From Catajapyx aquilonaris (lineage: Eukaryota), in contig JYFJ02002078.1 of NCBI GenBank assembly GCA_000934665.2, forward strand, positions 1-63,482: 63,482 nucleotides of DNA, given 5' to 3'. Shown in pieces: positions 45,481-58,392 of this stretch (position 1 is its first letter; each line of letters starts with the position of its first letter). The notes under the pieces were generated by a model. That model was not told the DNA's origin, searched no databases, and saw nothing but the letters and a program-made list of their open reading frames with translations. The position numbers and the translations under genes were made by a program.

Positions 45481-45683
45481 GCCCTCAATGTCACAGCAGC
45501 ATCGAACGGACCTCAAGCCACTTTCGGCGATAAATCATATTATTTATACTATTTAAATATGTAAACAAGCTTGGATTTTGTGTTGGCAACACTGGATGAC
45601 CATCTCGAAAAGATGGCGACGCCCATGTGCTGAAGAAGCGTGGCTCAACTTGGATCATTGGATGACCTTTTCCTCCTGAGGAA
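45481..45683. promoter_or_regulatory. Bidirectional promoter between HAP2 and RBM34
   Basis: Only 203 bp between the divergent ATGs; contains TGGCAACACTG and a YY1/PHO-type AAGATGGCG motif. Confidence 0.7.
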
Positions 45684-47582
45684 ATGAGCTATTCCGTGGG
45701 AAGTTTGGCCGACCTGATTTCTGGGTCGGCTGGATCTTCACGACAAGAAGATGCACCACTCGCAGGTGTGTTTGGGACGAGTGGACAGAAGGTACGTTTC
45801 CAGCAAGTGCCCCAACCCAAGCGTGTCAAGAAGAAGGCTAAGTCTGCGCCGACAACAGAAGGGGAGGAGGGAGCTCCAGAGGGGATAAAGGAGAGCTTTC
45901 CAGAGCAGTGGGCCCATGACGAAGATTATGTGGCTCCAGGCCGCTTGACACGACCACCTCGGAGGCCCCGTGATGTGCCCAGTCATCAGGAGCGTGACCC
46001 AGAGCAAGAAGCCAGGACACTCTTTGTTGGAAACCTCCCAGGAAAGGTGCAGAAGAAGGCAGTGAGCAGGCTGTTTCGTGAATTTGGAGTCGTGGAGGCG
46101 GTCAGGTTTCGGTGCGCAGCAGTTCCAGATCCCAAGACTAGCAAGAAGGTTGCAGTTATAAAGTATGGGAATTTTTGCTTTTACCTGTGCATGGGGTAAA
46201 TATGACTTGGTCAAAACCAGTTCAATAATCTGTAATGATCAGCCTCAGTATGGAAATAGGGCATAAACACGTGTTAAAGTTAAGTTATTGTATGTTGAAA
46301 GTGCAAGGATTATGGTTGCAAAAATGTCATTAAAATGTCTATTCAAGGCAAAACTAGACTGATATTGAATGAGTCCGAAACAGATGTAGTATTGGGATGT
46401 TTGATGCCACATTTTAAATATTTCTATACCACACCATGAAAGAAAAAATATTTCAAGCCTTCACTCACTTGTCAGTAGGAAGCAAATAAAAATCTAGAAG
46501 CAATAAAAAATAACTGCAACAATCTCACTCACCATTAGGTGATGTTGAGTATTGGTATTGTATTTTATTATATTGTAATCATTAATTGTTCCAGGCGAAC
46601 CTTCCACTCAGAGAGGACAAGTATTTCTGCCTATGTACGCCTGTCTACTCGTGCAGCTGCCGAAGAGGCTCTCAAACTGAATGGAACTGAATTTGCTGGC
46701 AACCACATCCGAGTTGACTTGGCCGATAATCCAGCCAAAGGTGAAAACAAGAAAGCAGTGTTTGTTGGAAATTTGCCCTTTGGTAAGTATAAGGCTGACA
46801 TATGGCTCTACTTGAAATTAAATTTCCACTGAATTGGCATGCTCATTTTATCTGATGGTGGCATTCACTGGAGCACCCTAATGGCTACATTAGTTGTTCT
46901 GGGGGTAGATGGTAATATGAAGGCAGGGGTTTAGAATGTTCTAATCCAGGTAAACTGGTAAAGAAAGTCAGCATAGAAAAGGTCAGTCACCAAGATATTT
47001 CAAAGCTCAACTCTTTATGCTCCAATCAGCTGAACGGTTACGTATTGCAGTAACACATTTTATCTTATTATAGGAGTAGAAGAAAATGACTTGTGGGATT
47101 TCTTCCAAGACTGCGGCAAAATCTCCTGGGTTCGGGTAATCCGGGACAAGAGTGGAATTGGAATGGGCTGTGGGTTTGTCAACTTTGAGGAGACCAAGTC
47201 AGTAGATGCTGCTCTTGGTAAAGATGGGATGGAACTTCGAAACAGAAATGTGGTGGTGCAGAGATATGCAAAGAAACCGAGGGCCAAAATTGCTGTAGTT
47301 GTGGAAGACACCAGGAAGATGAAGAAGCAGGATGGAGAAAGGCAAGCCAGGAGAAAGATGAAGAAGGAGGACAAGATTAATCAAGGATGGCGGGAGAGGG
47401 AAGGAAAGAAGGTGGTGTTCAGGAAGGAGAAGAAGCACAAGAGGAAGGAGTTGGGGGACCAGCAGGTGACAGAGGCATTTGCAGGTGAAGAGACAAATGC
47501 GGAGGGCAAGAGGAAGAAAAAGAAAAGGATGAACACTGAGGAGAGGAGAAAGAAGAAGGTGGCAAAACTTCTCGCCACCTGA
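45684..47582 (+). CDS. RBM34: RNA-binding protein 34 (Nop12-like, two RRMs), ~391 aa
   Basis: Exons 45684-46162, 46595-46782, 47074-47582. N-terminal YSVGSLADLI, RRM1 RTLFVGNLP..VEAVRFRC..AYV, RRM2 AVFVGNLPF..GCGFVNF, Lys-rich tail. Confidence 0.92.
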
Positions 47583-47995
47583 AAAATGTCAAGAGCATTA
47601 TTTTGTGGAACATGAATTGTGAATATAAGAATTCATTTTATACCTGTTAATTTCTGCAATTCCTCTTTTTTTTAGAATCCTTAGTGAGGGTCAGAAGCAT
47701 AGAGTTAAGTGTATAAACTCTTATCTGTATGCTTGATGCCATAGCAAAAATGTCACTTACCCATAGGGCACAGAATCACACTGACAAAGGTCTAACCCCC
47801 TCTCAAATGTCTGCGTCACATATGTATCTGATATTATTAAAGAGAAACTGCAATTAAAAATCATAGTGCTACACATCAAAACTCATCCTAATTTACAGAA
47901 GCACAGCTGCAAATTTCAGAAATAGGCCATTTATTGCAACATAATTTATTCTCCACTGAACTGTCCATGATAAACTTGTGAATAATGTTCCTGAA

Positions 47996-48343
47996 TTAAT
48001 CCTTGCACTGTGCCATCCTCTTGATCTTGACCTGCATTTCGTGTGGGAATTGCCCAGCGTTCTCCTCCGCACAGGGTTTGCAGAACCGCTTAGAGTAGAA
48101 CACACTACACCCTTGTCTTTGGCAGACCTGCTTGGAGCACACACTGCAGTCAGAGCCTAGCAGAAGGAACTGGGCCTCACGACGGGGGGAGAACGGATCT
48201 CGCATGATGTAGGCATCCTCAGAGAATGTGACCCAGCGGGAAAATGGTGGAGAACGTCCCTTGTAGTCGTATTTCTCACTCATGCCACATACCATGCACG
48301 TGAATGCACCTCCTTCAGGCTGTTCTTCAAGATTGGTTGACAT
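47996..48343 (-). CDS. CDPF1: Cysteine-rich DPF motif domain-containing protein 1
   Basis: FTCMVC..YKGRSPP..EDAYIMRDPF..LLLGSDCSVCSKQVC..CSVFYSKRFCKPC pattern; single coding exon directly preceded by a splice acceptor. Confidence 0.93.
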   Translation of the reverse strand: MSTNLEEQPEGGAFTCMVCGMSEKYDYKGRSPPFSRWVTFSEDAYIMRDPFSPRREAQFLLLGSDCSVCSKQVCQRQGCSVFYSKRFCKPCAEENAGQFPHEMQVKIKRMAQCKD

Positions 48344-48477
48344 CTGGAATGGACAGGGAAATAAACATATTGTATAATCTACATCTAGTAAAAATGTTTC
48401 TTACATTCGCATTACAGGACCACACTTTGACCACAAGCTGATTCTACACAACTTGCTAAGCAAGTTTTAATTCCCAT

Positions 48478-49485
48478 CTATGCTTTTATCTGGTTCTCCT
48501 TGGGCGCCTCGGCTGGCCACCATGCTGGCTTGTGCACCTTCACATCGACACCCCCAACCTTCAGGTTGGGTGCACCTAGACTTTCTGTGATTCTCATGAG
48601 GCCAATCCCATATTTCCCTTGAAACCCCCTCGTCCTTCCAACCAACTTTCCCTTCTCGTTAGCCACTGGAGAATTGGGATCCAATTTGCGCCCTTCTTCC
48701 AACACCAGGGGCATTATCCTCTTGCGGATCACACCTACATGATGGGTGCGTGCTGTCAGTTCTTGCCCGACATAACAACCCTTGTGGAAGTTGACACCAT
48801 GGAGATAGTCACAGTTTGACTCCAGGGGGAAGCATGCTCCTGATGGCAAGTCCTGTGCACCCTCACTGATACCAAGCCGGTAGCGCAACTCAGTGTAATT
48901 TCCTGGGGTAGTATCCACATAACTGGACAGCTTTTCTTTGCTCGGAAGCAATATACGATGGCCCAGTGCTGATGTGCGCGGATCATGAGCAGCGAAGGTT
49001 GGCTCACGTGCCATCTTAATCCCAAGCTCTGCCTTTGCTGGCTCTGGGCCACAGAGGACCTCCCCGTTGGCAGCTTGGGCTGCACGTTCCAGTGTCGAGT
49101 CAGCCCGGTACACCACCCACACACTGGTATCGGCAACATGTTCAATGTCAATCTTGCGTCGCACACGATACATCATGAGGTGCTTCCGGAGCTTCTCTGC
49201 CCCTGCTTCCTCAACCTCAATAAGGAAGAGATCAGGTTCCTTCCTGTAAATGAGTGCATCATACATGACCCTTCCCTGAGTGTTGAGGAACATGGTGTAG
49301 ATGCATCGAGCGCCTTCTTCCAAATGCTTGGTGTCGTTGGTGATGAGGCCCTGTATGAAGGAAGAGGCATCCTTCCCAGCCACGCTGATCAGGGACCGGT
49401 GGGAGAGGTGCTCCCCTCGGAGGCTGTCACTGCTCATCAGCCTCGTGAGCAGAGGGCGAAACCTTGGCAGCAGCCCGCGGAACAT
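48478..49485 (-). CDS. IBA57: Mitochondrial Fe-S assembly factor IBA57 (YgfZ/CAF17 family), 335 aa, intronless CDS
   Basis: Arg/Leu-rich presequence, G.DA..FIQGLITND, FLNTQGRV, DPR, signature KGCYVGQELTARTHH, C-terminal PAWWP. Confidence 0.97.
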   Translation of the reverse strand: MFRGLLPRFRPLLTRLMSSDSLRGEHLSHRSLISVAGKDASSFIQGLITNDTKHLEEGARCIYTMFLNTQGRVMYDALIYRKEPDLFLIEVEEAGAEKLRKHLMMYRVRRKIDIEHVADTSVWVVYRADSTLERAAQAANGEVLCGPEPAKAELGIKMAREPTFAAHDPRTSALGHRILLPSKEKLSSYVDTTPGNYTELRYRLGISEGAQDLPSGACFPLESNCDYLHGVNFHKGCYVGQELTARTHHVGVIRKRIMPLVLEEGRKLDPNSPVANEKGKLVGRTRGFQGKYGIGLMRITESLGAPNLKVGGVDVKVHKPAWWPAEAPKENQIKA

Positions 49486-49640
49486 GTTTGTTTTGCTGGG
49501 GCAGAAAAGGGCCAGGAAGCTGTTTGGCGTTACCTGTATCTCTCGGCTGCTGCTACGATCACAGCTCTCACAATCCTGGGCGACAAATCAGGCCGGATTA
49601 AGGGCAAGTCACAGGTAATAGAACAGGCATCTGCACTTAC

Positions 49641-49890
49641 CGATCATTCGGAACACAATCGAGTAGTGCTTGTGGGCGCCGCCATCTTTGACATGAGCAG
49701 ACCCGGCCTGCCTGGTAAATGAGGCAGACTGGATAAGACCCTATTTATTACTGCCAATTGTATACTTTTCAAAGTGTCAATCACACCAAATGGGATCATT
49801 TAAAACGCGAATATATGGATTGAGATGACCTCAATGCTACCTTGCGGCCACCTTGATGGTCCTCTCCTTACAAAAGATGGCGGCATTCGA
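49641..49890. promoter_or_regulatory. Bidirectional promoter between IBA57/CDPF1 and the plus-strand gene
   Basis: Two outward-facing YY1/PHO-type motifs: GCCGCCATCTT (~49678) and AAGATGGCGGC (~49874); splice donors pointing away on each side (49640 minus, 50007 plus). Confidence 0.65.
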
Positions 49891-52800
49891 GTGGGAAGCG
49901 GATCCGAGCGTGGTTGGAGCTCGTCCTCTTCTCTGCTTTGTCCTTTGCCCTTCTGGAACCCGGGAGGATTCCAGTGGGGGCTCCGGTTCTCCCAGGGGAC
50001 CGGGAGGTGAGAAGGGCCTCTCGCCTCTGTTGGAGGTGGACTGACTGCAGTGGTATGGCATCAATTACAGGTGATTTATTTCGCCAAGGGTCAGTTGCAA
50101 GATCTAGAGCAAGTCAAGTTAGTCCCATGTGAATAGCATCGAGTAACAGTTTTTCAGAGTTTACCAACAACCATCAGTGTGTGCATACAGACCTTGTAAT
50201 AATATGTATCTACAGGTATTGTAATTCTTAGGGGATTTGGCAAGGTGCGTGTAAAATACATGAGTGACTGGAGTTATGTAGTGATATGTGTGGAGCCAAT
50301 GATTATAACCTGCCTTTCCTCTACTCCCCTTTTTTTGAACTCGGGACTTGAGCAGTATGTTCATCATCTGGTACATTTTGTTCATGTTGGAGATACTAAG
50401 GTGAATGGTGCTTTGGATAGCATCATAGGTAGCCTAGTGAAATATTTTAATTGATTTGAAAATGAATGTCTTGGATGATGCTGACTGAGGTGCTTCATAA
50501 TAAATTCGTGACAAATAATGATTACTGATCATTATCATTGTTGTTGTTGTTAATAATAATCTGGATGGTGCATTGATCCCCTGTGGAGTATATTTCACAC
50601 ACCTTGATATCTGATATTACAGTGTCTGAGCATCTTATGTGTAATGCCCATGCCTTGTGTGAGGCTGATAGGAGGAGAGGGAAAGTGCAGTTGCCTATTT
50701 CTGCTCCATCAAGAGTATTGTATTGTTTTATTCTCTACCACTCTTGGCCCCACCATAATAGTCATAAGTCATAACCAAGCAACGAGGGATCAGGATAGGA
50801 ATGTACCAAATTACTTGTAACACTGTGATTGTGGGAGGAAATGGGAAAATCCTGCTAACACCACATGAACATGGCGAGATCATCTTGAAACATTTTTCAC
50901 ATGAAAAAACCCTCTGCCCAACTTCAGGTATCAAACTCATGGGCCTACAAAATGGATGGGCTGTGGTGTTAACTTTGGTGTTAACCACTGCACCACCATG
51001 CCTCCCTCTTCATCTTTGAGTGGCTAACGTAACTATAGGAATTTTCACACAATGAGAATATTGTAGAATTCAACTTTCCTGATTGCAACATGAAAAAGAT
51101 TTATGTAACACCTTAGATTATATTTCATACTATGTTATACATACATAGAATTAAAATAGGTCAGGGGCAATCACACAACTCCTGGTTCATGGTGTACAAA
51201 TATTGTGGGTGGCTCATTGTCATTTGTTCCCTTATTGTTGCCAACAAGAAATCTTTCAGGTTTTATCATCAGTCGCACCAGCAACCCGCACCATGAGAAC
51301 CTGGTCACACATGAGCAATCCTTCTGCAAATGGCCTGTGATGTGAGAAGAGAAAAGCCTGCAACTACCTGTGACAGAATTTCATGGTGTTGAGGAGACTG
51401 TACTCTTTGGCAAAGTATTGAGTTTGGAGGTGAGGAGAGGAGAGGCATGCCCTGAAAGTATGAAAATGACACCTTGTCTATTATCATTATTTGTTGCATG
51501 TAGTCATGTGAAAGTCATGTGCAGAGTGCTGATCACATTAGACATATTGTCGCAGACGTGTTTCACATGCAGCCATACTTGTCTGTATGGTGTTGCTTAG
51601 CATCCACTGTTGGGTATCCTAGGTAGCAAAAATACTAGTATTCAAATATTGTTGTACGTGAGGAATTCAGATAGGCTGGTAAAATATTTGTAGTTGATTG
51701 GTCTTGGGCCTCATTGCTCTTGGTCAAAGTTATTACTAACACCACAGAAACATGTAGTTACAGGTAAGTTTTGTTTTAAGTATTCCAAAGAACGTTACAT
51801 AATACACTTGAGGTGTGCAGAACTAGATAAAAGTTTGTTGGGGAAATTTCACATTTCACACTGATCCAATAGTGCCGTTTGTTGTTACACTGAAGCCATA
51901 ACATTATCTGACTGTTAATATATTTTATGAAATGGATGACTGAAACTCTGAAAGGCTTCACAAGGGATTTTTTTTCTTGTGAACTACATTGAAGAGAAAT
52001 GAAACAAAAAGCCAAATTTAGTGTGAAACCTTGGAATGAGCCTGGTGTATGGAGACTTTCGATCATCACCACAATATTTGATTCAGGTGATTTGCAAAAC
52101 TAAATGGTTTGGCTATGGGGTAATGTAGGACTTGTGCCTCTTTGATAGGAATAGGTGCACTTCCAATATTGGAGAGACAAAATGGTAAGCAGTGACACTT
52201 CCAAAATAATAAATAATGAATGCATCATTGCACTCATCTATGCAAGCCACATTTGTTGGTGCAAAACCTGTAACTGTAGGAGCAAAGTTTTGGCCACATT
52301 GAAACCATTCACTTGCATATACAATAATGGAAAGATACAAACTTCAAATGCGACTATCTCGAAATGACAAAAAAAATCCAAGATACATGGTTTTTACTTG
52401 GGCCGTCAGAGTAGTCTATCCACTGTCTCTCGACATGAGTATTGGGAATGTGGGTGTGATGAGGGTGAAACTTGTCATCACCTCAGTGTGTAAGATTCTA
52501 TCCATATTTGCAACTTGCAGTGATTTTGTTGGCACATATATTGCAATGCAGAGAGTCTCACTTACATAGCCTCAACTTACGTAGATTACACAGCTCATGT
52601 TTGTATTACTGTTGAATCCGGATATAACAGACTTCAATGGACCGCATAAAAAATTATGTTGTAACTGAGGTCTGTAATAGCCAAATCACCACTTTTGCAA
52701 TGAATACACAGTTTTCTCTTGACTGTATGCCTATAATGCACACTAATGATGCATACTGATTAATGCAAAAATTCAATATTAACTTACCCGTACATTAGGA

Positions 52801-54855
52801 GGGACCATAAAAATGCGGAATTTTCTTCTGCTGTCTCTTGTTGCCAAATATACCAGAAAAAGAATTATTTTGAACCATTTCGGCAAGTAGTGTAGAGGAG
52901 CCTCTTAAACTTGCTGCACAACATCTTGGCCTTCTTCGTCTGAACTGCCTGACTCACGAATAGTCAAGAATAGTGAAGAATAGAAGTGTGCATAGGGTGC
53001 CCAAGCCTGGGAACTGCAGCCACCTCTGGCACCCATGACAAAAGATTAAGACTCCCAGAAACATTGAACAGAGCACATGTGCTCCTCGAGGGGTGCAAAA
53101 CTTGTGAGTAGGAAGCTTAGATCAGTGACAGGTGGGAAAATCACTTTCACTCCAGTATGCAGTGCTTTCCTTGGGGGGAAAGGAAGCTAAATCATCAAAA
53201 GCTGCATATATTTCCACTGAGGTGAGGTAAAAAATGAGTGTTATATCAGGAGTAAAAAATGTACAGGGCCTTATGGATGTATGCCAGGACCGGCTTTTTG
53301 AGTCTATTATTATAGGTGAGGCGATTATATCCGGATTTTCAGTTGTATTAAAGTAGTTTAAGACCATCAGTTGAATTTTGTCTTATTGAGGTTTATTTTA
53401 TGATTATGAACTTCACAGTGTCAAGAGGTTCCTGAGTGACCAAGTATGAAAAATTTTCTTCTACTTGTGACATCCCTTCTATTCGTCGTGGCTTCCGCCA
53501 AACTCATTTTAAGTGATGGTAAGAAGAAGTAACATATTCACATGGTATTGTCATTTTTAACAATGTTTTCTTCTAGGTGACTCATCCCCCAGGGTGATGA
53601 TCCAACCTATCTCTGACGAAATTGATAAAAAAATTAAAAACGTCACACAAAATAGAAAGCGCCTGATTCTTCGTTGCGATGTGCCTGATTCATTAGAGAG
53701 AAACTTTCAGGTCACTTGGTAAGATTCTTGTCAATTCAAACTGCTCTTTGCGACAGTTGTTTCAATTAAGGATAGGAAAGTATTTGAGACAATTTGGGTA
53801 CCCAGATAGACCCTAGGAAAAACAGGTACCTGACTCGATTCCAAAAGGGTAACTGTTCATGTTAGGTGGATATGGCATGGCGTATGGGTGTACAGTACAA
53901 GGAGTAACAAATGTGCATTTCGAGGTTCTTAGTGAATATTTGAAATTAAGAACCAGTTCTTTGCTATATTTTACTATTAGCCTTTGGGTTTAACTTACAT
54001 TCTAAGGCAGACAACTGCATAATTCATGGCTGAGTGCTTGTTAATGTAAAAACAACCCCAAGGACCCCACAGAAAGGGGGTCGCGACTGACAGGTTGGGA
54101 ACCACTGCTCTAGTATATAGCCAATTGGAGTGAGTAGAGGAGGTGCATCTACCAGTTGCCCATGTGTGGGGCTGCCACGCTGCCTGATGGCCTTGACTCT
54201 TCCTGTATTTGTTTATTTTACAATTATTTTGGATGAACTATTCAGTAAAATTTTGAATATTTTTATAAATTCCAGAAAACTGGGCCATCAAACAAAAGTG
54301 GTAGAAAAATACCTGCCTGCCAATGCAAATTGGCAAAGTATTTATAGAAATTCATTTTTTGTGCCACTTCTTGATCATGCAAGTGCTATGAAATGTGGTC
54401 AAAGTCACAATTCTTTGGCACTTTCTCAAGTTAAGTTGTGTCACCTTTGACTTTTGCAAGTGCCCCAACAATAATAATTATGCAACAGTTTGATGTAGAA
54501 TCCATACAAATAAGATTCCAGCAGGAATACTGTTAACTACTGATCTGGATTAAATGTTAGCACCCACCTGATGAGCAACACTCCATCTGAGTGCATTTAA
54601 TGAGGGAGTAGGGTGGCACAGTGGTGTAGTGGCTAGCATCCAGCTTCCACCTCTGAGGTCCCAAGGTTGATTGCTGGGTCGGACAGAGGATACGAAAGTG
54701 GATAGAGTTTCGATGGGTTCTCTCCCTGTTTGCTTGTGTTTCCTCAACATTCTCCCATTTCCTCTCAATCAAAACCCATTGCAGCACATGCCAATGAGTA
54801 AAGTCAGTTATTGAAAAGATGATCCTCCAAAATGCCCAAGAAGGCCTATCATGGG

Positions 54856-54930
<75 letters not shown>

Positions 54931-56910
54931 GATTTTTTATGGTACAGTATGTGGTCATACGAGGATATTAAGGACCTCATCCTCAATATTCGCTGGCAAC
55001 CCCATATCTGTTTAGTAGTAGTAGTAACTGAGGGAGTGGAGACAACTGAGGCATGACTTGTAATCTAGTCTGGGAGAATTATGTTTTGTGTGTGTTGAAC
55101 ATTTTTGTACTGCAGTATAGTGGTTTTGCTTGCATGCACTTATTGTTATGTGCTAGAAAGGGTATATGCAACAGTCAGCATGCTCGTAATAAGTCTACAC
55201 TGAAGGGCTTCCGTAGTCTTATGATGGAAGCAATAAAACTGTGGCTAATTCAGATGCACTATAAACATTACTACAGGTACAAAGGCAACATCTTAATCCA
55301 AGAAGATAATGAAAATGTAGTAATTCCTGAGACCAACATGCTAATCGTATATGATGCATCTGTGACTGATAAAGGTCTGTATACATGCAGAATAAGCAGC
55401 ATCTTACCAAGAGGAGATGCTTTGGAATCCTTAGCACGAAAAGGTAAGTTAACTGATCGAAATTATAAAATAATGATCTTTTGTATTAAGTTTTGCTTAT
55501 TTTATGGTAGCTTCTCCAAGAAAAGTCTTAGTGTACATTCCAAGGCCTGAAGGATATCCTCATACACGGTCTATGACAGTTGCAGAAGGCTCCGGAATTA
55601 AAATATTCTGCATGAGACATTCCGACGTTGCACATGAAAATGTTACCTGGATTAAGTATGCTGAGTCCGGCCGTTATTTAGGTATGGTACCCAAATATAT
55701 CCATATGCTATTGAACACTGAACTTCGAATTAAAAAGTAATATGTGACAAAAGTTTACTTTTCTTATTACAAGTGTACTGAAACCTATCTACAGCAGACT
55801 ATCCTTTCTTATTTTCTAAATTCTAATTTGAAGAAGATTCTGTTATAAAAATGTATTGAAAATCAGCAGCAATATATCAGCAGAGATTAAGGGAAGTTTT
55901 TTACTATTTTTTGCTTATTTTCTACGGTATCCAAGGGCTTGTTATTGGCAGGTATACTCTAATAATAATGAGATGAAGATTTTAAAACTATTGTTTGTGT
56001 ACTGCATAAGACATGCTCAAGTGCATTAAGAAATAATTATCATTGATGCTCTAATACACTAGTCAACAAGGTTTTTGGCACATGAACAATTTTAGCTGTT
56101 TTTAATGCATTCATATGCGCTGATTCTGAATATGAAGTCAGAAAGTGTCCATCACCCTCCATCTCTTTTGTAACAGCCATACCGTACCGTATTTTGTAGA
56201 AAGTACACTGCACATTCCTCAATGTGAGTAATATATGGTCAATAATGGTTTTGTTAAATATTTTCACTTTTTATTATGTATCAGTATGCGCTGAGTTTGA
56301 ATTTGAAGTCAAAATATTTTTATTGGTATCCATTTTCTTGTAACAGGCCTTTACCGAGAATAGGCCTATTTTGCATAATTAATTTTTTGGGCAACATTGG
56401 GTGATTGTTGTTGTTGCTGCTGCTGTCTGTTAACTGATATTGAAAATATTTTTATTTTATTTTTGCTCATGAACAATGAAATTAGTGTACAAGTACAACT
56501 CACGTGATGCGATTTTGAATTACAAACCTTGGTTTCTTCCAGATGAAGACGCTAAAGAGAGACCAATCAGCAGCTCTGCTAATTATGTGTCCAATCCAGA
56601 TTCCACAGTATTGTGCATAAGTGAAACAAAGGAAGGTGACCGTGGTTGGTATAGTTGCACGGTAAAGGGCATGGACACTAAAAATTGGACCAACTTCATA
56701 CGAGTTCGAGTATACGGTATGTTAATGGATTTTATGATTTTATAGTGTTCATATGAATTACTACACACGTCTTGCTTTTGCAGATCCATGGAGAATAGGT
56801 ATTCCCATCACAGGTACTCTGATAGTTCTTGTTGCACTTCTTACCATCATTATACTCTCTGAATATTTTGTGGATGAAGACACCTTTGAAGCCATGACCC
56901 AGAGTGAAAT
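49877..56910 (+). CDS. Basigin/neuroplastin-like two-Ig single-pass membrane protein (first and last exons uncertain)
   Basis: Phase-consistent exons 53577-53718, 55277-55443, 55511-55681, 56543-56716, 56784-56910 encode Ig1 (LILRC..VTWYK..DKGLYTC), Ig2 (IKIFC..VTWIK..DRGWYSC), IRVRV and TM PITGTLIVLVALLTIIILSE. Exon 49877-50006 (phase 1) is a compatible but unproven first exon. Confidence 0.78.
52608..53346. mobile_element. pogo/Tigger-type non-autonomous element (inverted relative to 22466-23034)
   Basis: ctgttgaatccggatataac ... ttatatccggattttcagttg; shares aattttcttctgc.gtctct..ttgccaaatataccagaaaa with the reverse complement of the 22.5-23 kb copy. Confidence 0.75.
54603..54930 (+). 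mobile_element. Degenerate tRNA-derived SINE, family D, with (ATT)n tail
   Basis: A box TGGTGTAGTGG, degenerate B box, 3' end ggcctatcatggggt followed by (att)n, like the other families. Confidence 0.75.
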
Positions 56911-57410
56911 GTATGTGTTTTTCTTGGTAAATTTTTGCAATTGGCTATAGTAAGAAAAATAGGTTCAGATCTGATATGGTTAAGTTCACATACCGTACTG
57001 ATATCATCAACAGCAACAACAGGTCTGATCTACCTTTGCATGGGGTTTAGAGGACAGAAATGCTGGAAAGAGATTTGCTAGCCCTGATGCCATCAGAAAA
57101 TAATACAATACCATTTAAATATTGTTCGAGCAGTGAGACAATATTGCACTAGTTTAGGAGACTTTAGCACACCAATTGAGTTGAGCACTAGTCGAGAATG
57201 TATTCTTGATTAGTGCCGTCTGTTACATGGAAATTCCTTTCACTCTCCCTTCTCCATCTCACACACACACATTTGCAAGTTCCTTCTCCTTCAGTTGGCC
57301 TAAAAAGTGAGTCTGCCAAAACAAGACTGAAGCACTTGTAGAATGGGTAGGCTTGTTCCAGCAGTGATGGAAATTAAACAACAGGATCATTTTTCAATAT
57401 CATTGTCTTC

Positions 57411-57739
57411 TAGGGAGACGGAGTGGCGCCGCGGTAACGCGTGCGCCCACGGAAGTTAAGGTCCCGGGTTCAATCCCCACCCGGGGTTCCCACCTTCTTT
57501 CGTGCAGAGTGAGACCGTCTCTGGCTTCGTTTCGGGTGGCGATCCTTTCACATATGCCACCCGGGGGAGTTCACAAAACGGCACATCAACGACATTGCAC
57601 ACGCACTTTGCACATCCCCTCCTACCTACCCTTGGAACACACTAAATACTATCTTAGTATACCGGTTCCACCCAAATGGTGGTATTTCCACCCCCCTAAA
57701 GGAAATGTAACTCCCAATGGGGTAATGCAAAAAAAAAAA
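57411..57739 (+). mobile_element. tRNA-derived SINE, family C, full length
   Basis: A box GTGGCGCCGCGG, B box GGTTCAATCCC, poly-A tail, 12-bp TSD ATCATTGTCTTC (57399-57410, 57740-57751). Confidence 0.92.
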
Positions 57740-58392
57740 ATCATTGTCTTCATACTTCAACAAGCATCTTACATCTTTGGATTAACGAACAATAAGCTTA
57801 TTGTTGGAAAAATAGTCTAAAGTTTTGTCTGCAAATGCTCATAAACTGCCTCCTGTGACTCTTCGTCAGCATTGAATTTTCTACCTCGAACGTCTTTTTT
57901 GAGTTTTGAAAATAGGTAGTCATTGAGGGCCAGGTCTGGGCTGTAGGGAGGGTGGTCATGCTGCTTGAAGCCACAGTCCCTGGTTAATAGTACTGGGAGT
58001 AAGACATTCCTTGGTGAGAAACTTACTCATTGCTTGGTAATTTATTTTCAATGTGATGTAAAATACAGGGTGACCACGAAATAAGGGGCACATATTTGAT
58101 GTGCAATAAAACAATTAAGGAAATTTAATACAAGCAATTGAAACTACAAGAAAACATGTAGAGAGTCAGGAAAACATTACATCTATCGATTTTCCACTTA
58201 CAGTTAGGGGTCAACTTGGGCACCATTCAAGTCAATGCAAGCTTGAAGTCTTATTTTGGTGAATGGCCTGGCATACTCCCTGGACCTTATGCCAGCTGAC
58301 TTTTTCCTTAGGGAACATTTAAAGAATCAAGTGTACAAGCATACTAAATCATTAAATGTGGCTCATCTTTGCAAAGTTATTTTTGAGGAGTT

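Noticed and set aside
48985..49722. 245-aa plus-strand ORF and similar antisense ORFs over MCM5, the NLR and RBM34
   Set aside because: Antisense shadows of real CDSs with no recognisable motifs.
54050..54108. hAT/Charlie-like terminus AGGTTGGGAACCACTG (and CAGTGGTCTTCAACCT at ~15740)
   Set aside because: Only solo ends; no partner TIR or TSD found, so not called as elements.
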